Source: Selaginella moellendorffii
Taxonomy: Eukaryota > Plantae > Lycopodiophyta
Length of the DNA stretch: 64,000 bases
Assembly (NCBI RefSeq): GCF_000143415.4
Contig: NW_003314298.1
Location: 1,209,250-1,273,249 of the forward strand
Reading direction: 5' to 3'
Positions within the stretch are counted from its first letter, which is position 1. Every line of letters begins with the position of its first letter. Made by a program: the position numbers and the translations under genes. Below, one piece after another: positions 14,331 through 27,242 of the stretch. The notes beneath the pieces are model-generated. The model ran no database searches, was not told where the DNA came from, and was given only the letters and a program-made list of their open reading frames with translations.

Positions 14331-15599
14331 GAGTAGGCGGGATCCAGCGCTGGGATCAGGTACAATAGAAGCTTTTGAAGAGTAGACAAAAAATTTCGAT
14401 TGGGTTTCTGGCTGTGGATTCGAACCTGTGACCTTGCCAATTTATTTCTTTATTCTAGCCAGATATCCGGCCATCAGGTTCCCGTCAAAAGTGTACAGTA
14501 ATTGCTTCTTAACGTATACCATAATGTAAACAGCAGCACAAGATTTTTTGTTTTGTGGACGCAAATTTTGAGCATGTCGTTGCTGCTGTCAAGCTCAAGA
14601 ACTTCTCAATGGAATGAAACTGTCACTTGCTCCAAGTTCTGGGACACGTTTTATTTAAAATCCCGAGGCCATGGCAAACAAAGTGGTTGGATGGACTTTT
14701 GCATCTCGATCTGAGCAAGCAACCGATGCAAAAGCTACTTCTGAAAAGCAAAATATAAGTATGCTGCAACAAGAACCAGCAACATTCGTTTAAGGTGTTG
14801 TTCTGGAAGATGGCTTGTTTGAGCTATCTATGGTCCCATCTATTGTCAAAGCTGCAGGTCCACAGGTTTCAATTCTTTCAAACCCTCGGGGGAGCTCCAA
14901 GTTTGATGCCTTTTCCTAGCAATAATATATTGCTCCAAACCGTGAAAGTTTTTACTCACTCACAAGAAAAATTCTAGGGTATCCAATAAATCAGGAAAGC
15001 TCTTAAAGAAAATCCTAGGTTCAACATAAACACGTCACACTTCATGGAATGGGTGGTGGTCTTGGTGTTGAAACTTGTCTTCAAACACTTGATTTTAGGT
15101 GCCAAAAGTATGGCCATGATGTGAGAGAGAGCAAGCTTTTTCAAAAGTTTCCAAAGGGCAGATAAAAAATATACCAGGTCTGGCGTGGAGTGACCACAAT
15201 GCATGGAAAATACTCGAGGAACGAAGCGATCTGGACAAGAGTATAAGCAAAATGAGCACAAGAAGAACCATACATACCAGAGAAAAGCAGTGCTTGTGAG
15301 CCTAGTTTGAAGATGTCACGCTCGTAGAGCACACACGGCAGCGGCAGACGCCCGGGTAAAGAGCCCCCTCGGTGGAATACGATCGAAAATGTGGAGCAGT
15401 AGCTTATAATGGCAATGGCGGTGGTTTTCCATGGCATCGTTCTTGAGCCTTGAAGAGGAGGCGCCATCCAGCGAAGATTTGCAGGAAGGAGGAGCGATCT
15501 CCAGCAGTGGACGCCTTCGCGAGAATGCGGTGAGCACAGATCTGGGAGGGGGAAGGCACATCCACGAGGAAAATCGTCTCCAGCGGCCTCGAGGTTCCT

Positions 15600-16150
15600 T
15601 GCTAATCTGGTCATGGAAAGTGCGGGAGCTGGGAATCTTCCAGAAGATGAAAGATCGAGATTCTTTCTCGTGGAACATTGCGATCGTGGGATTTGCCCGT
15701 TGCCTTGTCACTCTTTTTATAGGCGAGCATCCAATTATTTCTCCTGGCAGCTATCAATGCCGATCCGGTGGAGATCCACGCGCTAGTCGTCGCTGCTGGC
15801 CTGGCCTGGCCTGGATCACTTGTGCCAAGAGCACATTCGAGCCTCTCATTGGGCTCCCAATTGAGGCACTCGGTTGCAGCTCGGACACTCCTTGGAGTGT
15901 ATTCGACAGGCATTGAGAAGAATAGTTGGAGCTACACTAGCATCGGACTCTTCCCCATTCTTTCATTCTCAAGCGCTGAAATTTGACTCGACGCTAGAAC
16001 TCCGCCTCGTCTAGCTTCCCAAATCTCCCCAGGAGATCCACCAAGCATCTTAAGATGCTGTAGTCTTGGGCCATGGACGACAAGGATCTCTTGGCTTTGC
16101 CCGTCATCCCAGGCAGAAGAGCACAGTAGCTTGCAAGATGCAAGAAGAAC
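15600..16150. pseudogene. PPR fragments in both orientations
   Basis: Plus strand: IFQKMKDRDSFSWNIAIVGFAR. Minus strand: CLVDLLGRFGKLDEAE. Confidence 0.65.
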
Positions 16151-16591
16151 AAGCGTAGCTCGGTTGTCCTTAAAAAACATTTTATTGGGTCTCTTGGCTG
16201 TGGATTTGGACTTGTAACCTTGCCAATATATTTCTTTATTCTAGCCAGGTATCCGGCCATTTTTCTTCACCATAATGTAAACTCATTTTTTGGTGCAAAT
16301 TCTTTAGCTCGTGGGAATGTTTTATAAGGCTGTTATCCTTTCTACAATTGTCAAGCACAAGAAAGAAACCATTATAGAATAAAGATTTCACCATTAAATT
16401 TACAAGAATCCTTAGGATGGACAAAGGCAAATTTGTCTAGTGTGACAATTGAAGGATGGAACCTGTGACTTTGCCAATATATTTCTTTATTCTAGCCAGG
16501 TATCTAGCCATTAGGTTTTTGTTCAAATTTGCTATCCATCATCATGTGAAGGGTTTAAGTTCCACTTTATGGTTATTTTATAGTAAATCAT

Positions 16592-17651
16592 CATAACATA
16601 AAAGGTGAAAATAATATGCATTACAACTTTATGCCAAGTTAGTTGTGGAGTACTAGATTCCACTGAAAATGTACATTGATAATAGAAAATATAGGATTTT
16701 GATAGAAAATTCTATTTTTTTTATTCTTCAAGAGTGGAGAAGCAAAGATATGTCCCACCATTGTGAATTTGCTTTTGTAGCTTTTTGATAAGGTGTAAGA
16801 TGTAAAATAGGCTATGTAAAGCCATGTAGTTTGTTCTTAGCTTTTCCTCCTTTTTATTATATACTTTCTCAAAGTGAAGTAAAAGTTCAAATTCTACATT
16901 TTACCTCTTTAGTGATTGTTATCTTCTCACATCATATAAAGGATGTGAAGGGTTTAAGTTACACTTTGTGGTTATCTTTATTCTAGCCAGGTATCCAACC
17001 ATCAGGTTCCCATCTAAATTAAAACATTAATAGCTTGTGTGGATGGCAAATGGTGGAGAGAGATGGTGTGGCTATGAGAAGGCCACGTTTACACATTCTT
17101 GAGCTAGATCAGATCTTTGCCCCCTCACAGCAGCTTTACCTTTGTCTACAGCCATAATGAATGACCAAGACACCACCAAAAAAGACATCCTCTCCCTCTT
17201 TCTCTTGATCGATCGATGACACTACTAGAGACTATATGAGTGGTGGATGGAATTCTCTATCGAGACATAATCCCAGGCTAATATCAACTTGAAGGCCACA
17301 CAATGCTGCCGTCTGATACATGGCAGCTCTTGCGGAGCACACAAGAGGCATTGGCTTCCACTAGGATTTCTTTTCACCATTTGCCATTGTATAATTTCTT
17401 AATCTTTTCTCTTTGCTGGATTTTTTTGTGGATCCATTGTTGTGATTCTTGTTTTTTCTATCCAGCTTACAAGAATTTGGCCACAACAAAGATATCTTTG
17501 CTTCTCTACACTCCTGGACAGCAAAAAAAGTAGAATTTTCCATCAAAATCCCATATTTTTTACTATCAATACCTTTTCAGTGGAATTTAGTACTCCACAA
17601 CTAGTATGGTATAGAATTGTAGTGTATATAGTTTTCACTCTTTATCTATAG
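16592..17651. mobile_element. ~1.06 kb non-autonomous element with ~160 bp imperfect terminal inverted repeats (Mutator/foldback-like)
   Basis: 16592-16751 (..agttgtggagtactagattccactgaaaa..ggattttgatagaaaattcta..gagaagcaaagatat) is the reverse complement of 17491-17651. No target-site duplication identified. Confidence 0.55.
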
Positions 17652-20239
17652 TTGAGCATATTTACAGAATGTAAAGATTGTCTTGAACACAATAGTGTTA
17701 TTTCTACTTCTAGATTCATAAGCTAATGCCATTTCAAAATTTAATAAGCTTTCATGATTGTCCCAGAGACTAACTCCTGGGACTAGGGTGAAAACCTAAA
17801 GTGTGTATTCCTGAAGTGTGTTGTGGATAGTGGGTAGGTCAGGCATGACTAACCAACTTGAGGTTTAGTTTATCTCCTACTTGCTTACCTGTCCTTGTTT
17901 TGCGTTTGACTTAGGTTTAAACCCAAGTTCCATACTATGCTAACTAGTGGAGTACTCATATTTTTGGGTTAGGCCATTGATATATTGCACTAAACTCTAT
18001 TTAGCTTCATTTTGCATGTTGATCTTGGCATTGAGATGTTAGAAACTTTAGGACTACTCCAATATCACTCTATGCTCTTATTCCTTTGCTCCTTAGGCTG
18101 AATGCTCAAAAGTCATTTTGTGCTTCAATTCCTTATTCAATGAATTAAAGCTCTAAAACTTGAGTTCCACTCCACTCTTTTTTAGCAGTAAGTTCCACTT
18201 TATGGTTATTCTATAATAAATCACCATACAGATTTAGACACATTCTATAAATACCCAATGGGATTGAATGGAACCAACATATGGGAGAATGATAGCAAAA
18301 GTTTTTTGGCAAAAACTATAAATTATCATTTAGCGAGTATTGAGGGACCAAGCTCAATATTATAGAGATTCCCAACACTAACAAGTGCAAGCTAACGAAT
18401 GAATTTCTCTAACTAAGTCAAATAGACTTGACTAATAACACTTAAAAATTCTATCCTTATGCTCTTTTGGCCAAGTGCATATGCAAAGACTAGTTTCTCA
18501 ATTAGTTTGAGTGGAAATTGAAAAAAGGGTCCAACAATACTGATCTTTTGCCGTTATGGCAATAAAAAAAGAATATTTAAAACGACTAGTTGACAGGTAG
18601 TTTTTGATACCCATAATCACATTTGCAACACTCTCCTCCCCTTAGTGAAGATTGATATCCTTGTCGATACATACTCTAATTTAGACAACCACTAAGGAAA
18701 GAATTCTAAAACAGTTCACAATGGTCATATTTGTGAGAAATATACCAAGTTAAATGAGTTAGGGGAAAATCTCTTTATCTAATGCAAATGTGCTACCACT
18801 TAGACACTTTTTGGCCATCATTGACAAGGATAAAGTTAGCCACCCCTACTACTTTAGATGTTTCTTAACTTATAAAAGATGATATGCCTTCATTAGAGAG
18901 AGAAGCTAAGGGCTCTAACCCTCATAAACAAACAAACCAAATATGTCAATAATGTTTAAATAAACTATTATAAATAAGTAGTTAGAATTGTTTACATGGT
19001 TACACCTTTTTAAATGGGATATGAAACATCGAGAAAAAGGTAAGTGATGTGACCAGTTGATAGTACCTACCCCATAACTAAAGATTTTACCATACATATG
19101 AAGTGCCAAAGCTAGTCTACCTATACTAGCCCAAACACAAAGATCAAGAGATAGACAATATTAAAGTCAAAAGCAATGATATCTTAAATATTTAAATTAG
19201 TGAGTAAAACCTAGATTAGAACACAAAAGTATTCCAATGCAATTATCATATGATAAACTATATTATTGAATTTTGTTGATTGATTAATTTTATGATCTTA
19301 ACTTTTCATGATCTTGGTGATTCCTATAATACTGTGTATTATCAAGAAAACTCAATAATAAAGCTTAACTATCAAAGATTGTAAATAGCATGCCAAACTT
19401 GCCTTTATGAAAGACAGTTCAAAAAAACACAAAGTACCATCGATTGGCAAGTAAAATACTTATGAATGTATCATCCAAAAAAAATAACATTCAATTTATC
19501 AAAACAAACCATAATAATAAGCAACAAAATAGAATAAATATGGCAAGAATAACAAACACTAATTCATGCCAATTATTGCACTAGCAAATCTAAAGAGGTT
19601 TTGATCATAAGGAACTTAAGTTGCTTAAACAAGCTTAAGCAAACATCAATAATATCTTACCAATATCTCAAACTTAAAAAGTCAATTGTAAGCAACCAAA
19701 AAGAACAACTTGAGAGACGATCCATGGGATTCACATATAAAGGGGAAGAGCCCATGAATAAAAATGCACCCTCTTTTTTAATTAATTAAAGGTTTTAAGA
19801 TACTTGGGGTTAAATGTTCTTGGGTTTGAATAGTGCTAGATGACCTCTCGAGGAGTCCAAATTTAGAAGTTTACACCAATCCAGAATAAATCATAAAGAA
19901 CATGTCATAATGCAGAAAGTAAAAAACCATCAAAATAATAACTAACCATTATGAAAGATCATTTAGGCATTCCATCAATAGAGAGATGCATAATCATTGT
20001 TGAAAACAAAATCCATCATTCTAAATCAATCAACAATAATTAAGTAAAACCTTTTATAAGGATCAACCAATTATCCTAGATGATAATCAATCATCACCAA
20101 TGATTGCCAGATGCAAACACTAATTGCAACATCGAAGCAAATAAACCAAAATGCCCTCTCCAACAACTCATAATAAATAGAACAATAAGCATGAAACTCA
20201 AAGAACCAAGAGCTCAAAGAAGTTTATAGCTAAATCTTA

Positions 20240-21790
20240 CTTAACAACACTTGACGAGAAGGCGCCATCCAACGAAGATTTGCAGGAAAGAGGAGCAATC
20301 TCCACCAATGGAAGCCTTCGTGAGAATGCTGGGAGGGGGAAGGCACATCCACAAGGAAAATTGTCTCTAGTGGCCTCGAGGTTCCTTCCGTCTAGCTTTC
20401 CAAATCTCCCCAAGAGATCCACCAAGCATCTTAAAATGCTGTTAGTCTTGGGCCATGGACGACAAGTAGCTCTTGGCTTTGCCTGTACTGCAGGCAGAAG
20501 AGGTGCCTGAACAAGTACAAAAAATTTTGATTGGGTCTCTGGCTGTGGACTTGAACCTGTGACCTTGCCAGTATGTTTCTTTATTCTAGCCAGATATCCG
20601 GCCATCAGGTTCCCGTCCAAATTGGATACTAATTGCTTCTTAATGTATATCTTATCTTCTGTCAGCGCAAATTCTTCAGAAAGGTTGTCATCCTTTCTGC
20701 AGTTGTCAAGCACAAGAAAGAAACTAGATTTCACCACCAAGTTTAGAAGAATCCCTGGGATGGACAAAGGCAAGTTACTTTTTCTTCTTTTGAAAAACAA
20801 CGTTTATTGCAACAGAAATCAATATCCACATCCAATGATTGAATGTCCAAAAATAGCTTGTTTGAGCATTGAAGTTCAAATTGATCCAGGCACGCTCTTG
20901 ATTAATAGCAAAGATAAGAGTCCAAGGCTGGAGGTACTTCTCTGTTCTTTCAAATCCTGGGGAGCTTGAGATTTCATCAAGGCACTTTCTTGTCGTGTTC
21001 TATCCAAGTTTGAAGCTTGTTCCTAGCAGCAACAAACAATGATGCCACTAGCACCACATATCCTTCGAGAATGTCTTTATAAGTCTCGGAAAACTTATGC
21101 TGCACTCATGTCTCTCTCACCCTTGAGTTGAAGGTGTTAGCCATAGAAAAATATCATAGAAATCTATGTAGATCGACATACTGCATCCACCTCTGCCCAA
21201 AGACTTGAAAAGCTCCATGAAATTTCAAGTCACACCCACAAGGTTCAGTGTGTGAAGAAGAGGGAAAATACTCGAGGCCGAAAGGTGGCTGTCCTTCACA
21301 AGAGTGTTTAGAGCGAAAGAAGAACCGTGGAAAAGCAATGCTTGTGAGTCTAGTTTGAAGATTGGGATCCCCGGACATGAAAACTGAAGAGAAGAGAGTC
21401 GATCAGCTCGACTCACAGAGCTACATTCTTTATTTCATGAGATTTGCACAAGCGCCCCCGCCGGGAGCAGCCAATCGTCATCGAGGCACCATGTAGTTAA
21501 TGGCAATGACGGTGGTTTTCCATGTCTTTCTTGAGCACAGATTTCTGGGCGGGGCCAAGCGCATCCACCAGGAAAATCGTCTCCAGCGGCATTTAGGTTC
21601 CTTGTCATGGAAAAGTGTATGGAAAGCAGCGGACGTCTTGGGAGCCTTCCACAAGATGGAAGATTGAGATGTTTTCTCGTGGTGATCGCGGCATTTGCTC
21701 ACAACGGGCAAATGCCGCGACGAATTCTCTTGGCAGCTATCAATGTCGACCCAGCGGAGATCCATGCACTCGTCTCGTCATTCTCAAAGA
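20240..21790. repeat. Shuffled, internally deleted further copy of the 14390-16430 PPR-relic block
   Basis: 20260-20390 matches 15460-15600; 20390-20500 matches 16010-16120; 20520-20650 matches 14390-14520; 20690-20770 matches 16330-16430; 21490-21770 matches 15405-15785. Confidence 0.8.
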
Positions 21791-23138
21791 ACTCTAGATA
21801 CAAAAATTAGAATATTAGAATTGCACTCAATGTTCATCGGTTCGCAAATTCTTCCCACGATCACATCCGACTAAAGTCACCAGTAATCTCTGCAGGAACA
21901 CGTCCCGTTGCTGAAGTGATGGAACCGGCAAGGCATCTCTCACAGTTATAGATTGTCCCACCATCTTCGACACAAAATTGATCCGTCAGCGGCAACCCTT
22001 GGTTGAATCGGAGAAATCAACGGGCATTTTCATAGTTTGTTTCTTCTCTCCTGTTTAATGCTGTGTTCATACTCTAGCAAAGGATCAAAGCAAGCTCTTT
22101 GCAACAACAGCTTGGGGCTCTTGAATGTTCCAATGTGTTACTGAGCCTACCTGCGCTTCACTCCCCTCAAGCCAGAAGTAGCACAATTTACAGTGACAAC
22201 CCGGGAGAAACTTATTCCACCTATCTCAGCTGGGGCTGTAAAGGGAATTTTGCACGAGGGATCAAATGTAAAAGACTTCGCAAGTTTTTCTCCGCCACCT
22301 TTTCGCCTCGCTTTTGAAATAATTGGATTGCACTCCATACAAAAGGAGCACTAGAGAAGCATGATGATCTAGAGCGTCACATCAAGCATCAGCTAACCTT
22401 GCACGCTCGAAAGCCTCAACAAGAGTTTCCTATGGCTAAGTTCGGTGTCTACACCACAGTAAACCCCACGCTGGTGCCTCTGGAGATCCTTGCATGGCAT
22501 TGGATCACATACCTGAGGAACGCCTACTCCTCGATTCCCCAACACAAACTAGCGGACGCCGCCCCAAGAAGCACAGGAAATGGCGGACGAGCGGTGGCAA
22601 AACCTCAAGGACTGGACGCACACACACGGCCACGACCTGGATACCCTCCGACCAGCTGGAATTCTGAACTTGGCAAGCCCTCCAACGAAGACAACAGACT
22701 CTTCGATATCTACGTGACGACTATCAACCCGACACTCCACTTCGGCCTTGATGTCTACGACACTCGGAATCACATAGTGTTAAGCCAGCTACCGGATGGG
22801 CCGCCGAGAGGGTCCATCTTGAGAAGAAACTGCTGGAACAAGGATGATCAGCGCCTACGCGGGGGCGATCGATCCAAGCGGCTATTTGATGCAATGCTGG
22901 AGCGCAGCAGCGTGTCCTGGAACGGAACTCAAGCTCGATCGAGGTGACGGCCAGATTCGAGAGTAACGCCGTATCTCCTGGACGGTGAATCACGTTCGCC
23001 ACTCGCGCATCGGCGAGTTCTTGGATTGATTTTCATGGAATGAGTCGGGAAACCTTCATAGCTTTCATGCTATAGAAGTATATTTACACCGTCGTAGTTA
23101 AAACTTCTGTACAGGAAGAACACACACGTTGCTTAGAA

Positions 23139-24588
23139 CTACACAAACTTTGCGTACTCTTGCTGGATCATCTCGCCGCCGTTGACGGGATCGAAAGAGC
23201 ATCGATAGAAGCTGGCAGTGTCGCAAAAACAAACGATAAGAAGTAATGTAGGTGGTATAAGCAAAGAAAGAAACAAAAGCTTGCCTTCCTTCGGATGAAA
23301 CGATGAGGACAGTGTTCTTTTGGGGACCGAAAGCAACAATGGAGCGCGATTCGACTGGCAGGCGAAACTGCGCGAAAGACCACTCGGAGCTGAAATACTT
23401 GGGAAGAACCCCTGTACGAAAGGCGAGTGTACAAAAACACAACTAACACTGCTGGAATGCAAGAAAAATACCTCTCATGAAAGAAAGAGTGGAGCCTGGA
23501 TTACCCGACGCGAATTTGATTGGGCTCTCGGGGCTTCCAGCATCCTGGTTAGCAGTAGCAGCAGCCACAGCAGTGGTGCTCTCGGCGGCATCCGCCTCGG
23601 CCGGAACTTTCAAGCTAAAGACGTGAATCGTTCCTTTGTCGCTCGACACCACCAGCCACTGCGCAGTGGTCGAGAAGGCAATGCTGTAGATGTCGGCACG
23701 ATCAGCTCCCCTGCGAACCTGCGAGAGCAGAAAACTCACATAAAACCAACAGCAAAAAAGGATTTTCTTCGGAGCACAAGCCACAACAAAACAAGGGAAA
23801 AACAAAACACGAAGAAAACAAGAAACCGAGAGAGTAGAACTTACTTCCTGGAGCTGTGTTCCATCCAAAGTGTTGTAAACGCGAATGAGCGTCCCCTTGA
23901 TGCTCGCAGTGGCGAGCAGCCGACCATCGAAAGTGAGCGCCAGGCACGCGAGATGCGAGTCGTGGGCCGAGATAAACTTGGTCTTCCTCAGCCCATACTG
24001 CTCCACGCGAACCTGGCCTTTGTGGAGCCCCGGGCAGGCCAGCACCACCGAGTTGGAGGACGCCGGGGACAGCGCGCACAGCCCTCTTGGATTCCCAATC
24101 GTCTCCACCTGGTGGAGGAGCTTGAGGTCCGAGAAATTGTAGACGTAGATCTTGTGCTCGAGCACCACCACCACCCTGTCCCTCCTCAGCCGAATCGCGC
24201 GAACGTCCGACCGGAAGGAGAGCTCGCCGATGCAGCGGCTCTGGTGGTCGTCCCAGATCATCACCTTGTTGGGGAGGTACTTTGGATTGGCACCGCCGCC
24301 GACGAGCGCGAGGATGTTGCAGCGGAAGAGCATCTCCACGATGGCGATGCCGCCGTGGCTAAACTCTCGCCGGAACGTCTCCTTGAAGGGCTCGCAGTTG
24401 TAGATCCGGAAGCCCGTCTCGGTGCCACAAGCAAAGCAGCCATAATCCTGGTTGTATCCCACCGATAGGAGCCCGTGCTTGGATCTTTCCTGCGGCTGCT
24501 GCTGCAAGCTGGGAGAATCCGTGACCCTGATCGCGGATTTCGGCTGGTCTGTGAGTGGCGGCTCTGGCGGCGCGGAGACTAGGGCCAT
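23139..24588 (-). CDS. ATG18: Autophagy-related protein 18 (PROPPIN WD40, ATG18a-like), copy 1, 4 exons
   Basis: [70 protein letters not shown]|[39 protein letters not shown]. Last intron is GC-AG. Confidence 0.95.
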
Positions 24589-24928
24589 CCACTCCACAAA
24601 TCGATCTACCTAGCACTAAAACCCCCAAGAAATCCGGCAAGAGAAATGCAGCGCCAGCGGCAGCCGATCGATCGACCACCCACCTCACAGCTCCATCAAA
24701 ACCCTAACCGCCAAAGCCATAGCTCGATGGTAGCGCGAAGAGAGGGACATAGCTCCTGTGGAAGAACACAAGAGAAGAAAGGCTCTATACCCACGTTCTG
24801 CCGGATTGGACAGAGGGTTTCACGTCCGACAAAGCAAAAACATTTCACAAGTCACTCAAATTCCGTGTCTCAAGTCCGCATCAAAGAATAAAATGGAGCC
24901 TCGTTTTCTTCTCCTTATTTTTTTCTTC

Positions 24929-26630
24929 TCATGGCAATGGTTCTTGCTCGTTGCCAAGCCTGTTGAGATGGAGATAGGCATCGGTTCCTGCGAGAAAGAA
25001 GAAAAACTTTAGCACAGATGCTAGAAATCTCTGGAGAGCTCACGGATGATCCAAAAACTAGCTTTAAGAGCACCAAACTTAAGGGCTAACGGATGATCTA
25101 GAAACTAGCTTTGCAAATCTATCCAAAAACTAGCTTGCAAATCTCATCCCAAACTTAAGAGCTACCGGTTATTCCAGAAACCAACTTGCAAATCTCATCC
25201 CAAACTTGAGAGCTAACGGAGCTTGCAAAAACTTCCAAGCAATCAATCCAGCATTCTAAGACTTAGAGCACTCAAATCAAACCGGAGGAACACTTACCGT
25301 AGCCTTCCATCGATATGACTTGCAAATCTCCTCCAAAGTACCTCGCGTACAGCCGACTGATTGGGAGGCCATAGCCGTAGCCAGCCATCACATTCGGCGT
25401 CTCTTGCATATGCCTGCTCTCTTCCAGCGGAGACTTTGCGGTGGTGTAGAGGTACGTCCAGATCTTTGAGAGGCCGCTCCTGGGAATCCCACCTCCTTCA
25501 TCAGATATCTAGAAAGAAAGAATTAGAACAATGCAGAAATGGTTTCCAGATGTTTAGATCACCTTCACGGTGACGTCTTCGACACCATCGGCGACGATGA
25601 TCCTGATGGGAGGAGATTCTTGGTCCGAATCCATGAAACGCTCCTGCACTGCACGGAGGGAGTTTTTCAGCAGCTCGAACAACATCTGATGGAGATGAGT
25701 GGGAACGTAGCTGCAGGAGAGACAGAACGTTAGAACTTGAGAGCCACGCGATAGCTGCTTGCAAGAATGCAAACATACCCGAAGGAGCACTTACGCGAAT
25801 GCAAAGTTTGGGTCGCCATAGACGTGCACTTCCGGAGCACTTCCATACGTACGCATGCAGGCCGATCGAGCGTCGTCAATGGCATTCTGCGCGATCAAAA
25901 CTGGGGAAACCCGGGTGGAAATCAATCCAATGTAGCCGGGTGCTGGGTTTGGCTGATGCAACGCAACATGCTGGCCTGCAAAAAGAAGTTTTCCTTTCAA
26001 AGCTCAGCCAAAATCCTAGGTGCTAGCTAGAAGAGAGAACCACGTACCAATGAGCATACGAATTCCAATTCTCGACATATAAAAGCGGTCAAGAAACTGG
26101 TGAATTTCCGGCAGCTCAAGCAAGCCCCCTCTCCTTCCCAGCTCTTCCTTGAGCTCTTGAACTCCCATAGCAACAGTCGGGGTTACGTTGTTGTGGCGAA
26201 TTTTTATCTGGTGTATCAAGTCTGTGAATTTCATCTCGTCAGCAGCGTCTTGGATCTCCGGAAACGTCCGCAAGTCTTTGAACGAGTCCACATACCAGTC
26301 ACGCACCTGGAAAGCTTACGTTATAAGATCATTTTTTTATAGCAATCAACCAGGAAGAACAAAGAAAACTAGAGACCATACCTTTAGCACGGGAGCTTTC
26401 TCTGAGAGACCATAGGGAAGATTGTCCAGCTCCATGACGCGATGCGCAAGCCTCACGGGGAGCTCCTTGTGCAAGAACTGGGAGGAGAGGAGCAAGCTCT
26501 TCTCGGTGGGATTCGCTCCAAAATCCATCATATACTTGAGACTCACGCCCGTCTGCTTCATATTGCTACACTTGTAGATATCATCCACCAGGCTCCTCGA
26601 CAGCGTCTCGGCGAGGCGGCGGACCGCCAT
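24929..26630 (-). CDS. PDK: Mitochondrial pyruvate dehydrogenase kinase, 6 exons
   Basis: [130 protein letters not shown]. Confidence 0.97.
25040..25232. repeat. Imperfect ~50 bp tandem repeat inside the last PDK intron
   Basis: Recurring ccaaacttaagagcta..cggatgat..aaactagcttgcaaatctcatc units expand this intron to ~310 nt. Confidence 0.65.
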
Positions 26631-27242
26631 ATCCGACACGAGAATCCTAGACTGCCGCAAGAAACGAGCTGGAATCACCATCGCGCGAAGAAAATCCCGC
26701 CGATTTCCGCTCGCAGCGCCATCCTAGGAGGGCGATCGAAACTCAAAGGAGCGGGCATTTTCTTGCGCTGGAATTCCTGCTCCTGGTGTTGGCGATCGAT
26801 GCTCCAGGGCGTGGCCGCCATGCATTCCCTATCATTGGCGGCAGCCAAGAACCCTATCCATACCGTCGACGCCCCTGCCAGCCGCTACCTAGAGGGGAGT
26901 CCTTGGCAAAAGCTTCTTCTCACAAACAAACACAGGCCCATCCGCCGGCTCGGCTTGTTCCACGTGTCGAACTGCCGTGCCCATGTACGGCCCACAATCA
27001 CTGTGGCTGCGACTTATGATTGAACGGGTTTTTTATTTTACATTTCACTTTTCTTCTAGGACAAATTTAAATGGTGTGATATTCCTCTTCGGATCTTGAG
27101 ATCTGGAGATAAATGGTGTGATCAACCAACCATTAACTTCAAACAAGTTCAAGCAAGTTCTTCAAAATCTCGGTCTTCCTCTTCGGATCTTGAGACTGCA
27201 GAAGGGCCTCAAGACTGGAACGTTTAGCTGGATTTTCAACAA

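Larger units (their letters stand above)
11890..15448. repeat. Left arm of ~3.6 kb inverted segmental duplication (partner 35652-39382)
   Basis: Reverse complement matches the partner throughout, e.g. ORFs MVQSHHIKRGAIG, MVKLQIFNGHQPY, MPQRN(L/P)VSCNTV and KNDAMENH occur on opposite strands in reversed order. Confidence 0.95.

Noticed and set aside
17170-17345. Possible cytochrome P450 fragment (KDILSLFL) inside the TIR element
   Set aside because: No I-helix AGxDT or other motif recoverable in any frame.
17759-17790. Short hairpin ending in CTAG as a possible Helitron 3' end
   Set aside because: CTAG overlaps the hairpin and is not followed by T; no matching 5' end found.
18620-18650. Polypurine tract followed by TG (minus strand), like an LTR boundary
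   Set aside because: No second LTR, primer-binding site or recognisable integrase/RT sequence nearby.
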